From an uncultured Clostridia bacterium (GTDB lineage Bacteria; Aerophobota; Aerophobia; Aerophobales; B3-G15): 64,000 bases of DNA. The stretch lies in assembly GCA_964482715.1 (NCBI GenBank), contig CAYZYX010000002.1, forward strand, positions 10,816-74,815, written 5' to 3'. Position 1 is the stretch's first letter; every line of letters starts with the position of its first letter. The notes beneath the pieces are model-generated. The model ran no database searches. It was not told the origin of the DNA and saw only the letters and a program-made list of their open reading frames with translations. Positions 63,747 to 64,000 of the stretch are shown piece by piece. The position numbers were made by a program, and so were the translations under genes.

Positions 63747-64000
63747 CTACTTCTTCAGCGCAAACAACAGGGAAGGGTGAACATTGGCATCCGGGTTGAA
63801 AATATCTCTCCCAAATAAAAGCTTCATGTCTATTTCCTTCTTTTTAATATTTTCAAGGAATTTTCTGTCATCCCTGTCCAACACCAGAACCTTTTTGTAA
63901 AATTCAATGACATCTTGTTTCACCCGGGAAGCGTCTATGTCCTGGGGAGATGAGACAAAAGGACTTATCTGCTGGATGAAATGTCTCCTGCTGTATCTTG
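63747..64000 (-). CDS. 3' end of an unidentified ORF entering from beyond the window
   Basis: Manual translation gives an open frame (...KKVLVLDRDDRKFLENIKKKEIDMKLLFGRDIFNPDANVHPSLLFALKK*) ending at 63747. It is not in the ORF track because no start codon lies inside the window. Confidence 0.3.
   Translation of the reverse strand, partial: RYSRRHFIQQISPFVSSPQDIDASRVKQDVIEFYKKVLVLDRDDRKFLENIKKKEIDMKLLFGRDIFNPDANVHPSLLFALKK

Noticed and set aside
1-64000. CRISPR arrays, rRNA genes, transposases/IS elements, selenocysteine (in-frame TGA) in CODH or hydrogenase genes
   Set aside because: No short direct-repeat/spacer periodicity was seen and no rRNA-like segment. No ORF has transposase or integrase motifs. 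All redox enzymes are encoded by uninterrupted ORFs.

Overview
This is an AT-rich window from an anaerobic, probably thermophilic, bacterium that uses the Wood-Ljungdahl pathway (acetogen or sulfate-reducer-like gene content). Almost all genes are on the minus strand. All calls rest on motifs read from the supplied translations; no searches were run.

Bases 1..29651 form one large carbonyl-branch locus, transcribed right to left:
- cooC-cooS-cooF at the start.
- A HoxE/HoxF/HoxU-like NAD(P)H module with no hydrogenase catalytic subunit.
- acsB-acsC, a RACo-type corrinoid activator, a second cooC-type ATPase, then acsD-acsE and a DRTGG/Pta-N-like protein.
- After a strong internal promoter (about 13.96 kb), a very unusual energy-converting [NiFe]-hydrogenase operon:
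  - an AsrA/HydB-like and an AsrB/HydG-like NAD(P)H-flavin module and a polyferredoxin;
  - NuoH/NuoB/NuoC/NuoD-like subunits, the last a true group-4 large subunit with both Ni-binding Cys pairs;
  - a full Mrp antiporter set with three antiporter-like subunits (one MrpA, two MrpD) plus two MrpB-like, MrpC, E, F and G;
  - a NuoI-like ferredoxin and a HycI-type maturation protease, cut by the window edge.

A second coherent block at 54.5..62.5 kb encodes a NikM-K-L-Q-O-type nickel ECF transporter. It sits directly upstream of a four-gene operon: small and large subunits of a cytoplasmic uptake-type [NiFe]-hydrogenase (no Tat signal), then metV and metF (methylene-THF reductase), with no Hdr/MvhD genes between them.

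Between the two blocks are:
- molybdenum-cofactor biosynthesis (moeA-moaA-moaC-MOSC-mogA);
- a MarR regulator;
- an RND/MMPL exporter triad;
- a sigma-70 factor, an SDR, a secreted ClpP-family protease, lipA and transketolase;
- a B12-radical-SAM / MBL-hydrolase / PHP-fusion group.

Other notable structures:
- A ~190-bp, ~99 % identical inverted duplication carrying a small ferredoxin gene and its ribosome-binding site, at 33.1 kb and 49.7 kb.
- Two similar CRP/FNR-type palindromes at the +1 regions of the acs and hydrogenase promoters.
- A promoter-equipped 5' fragment of a tRNA-Leu(UAA) gene at 63.45 kb.

No CRISPR array, rRNA or obvious transposase is present.
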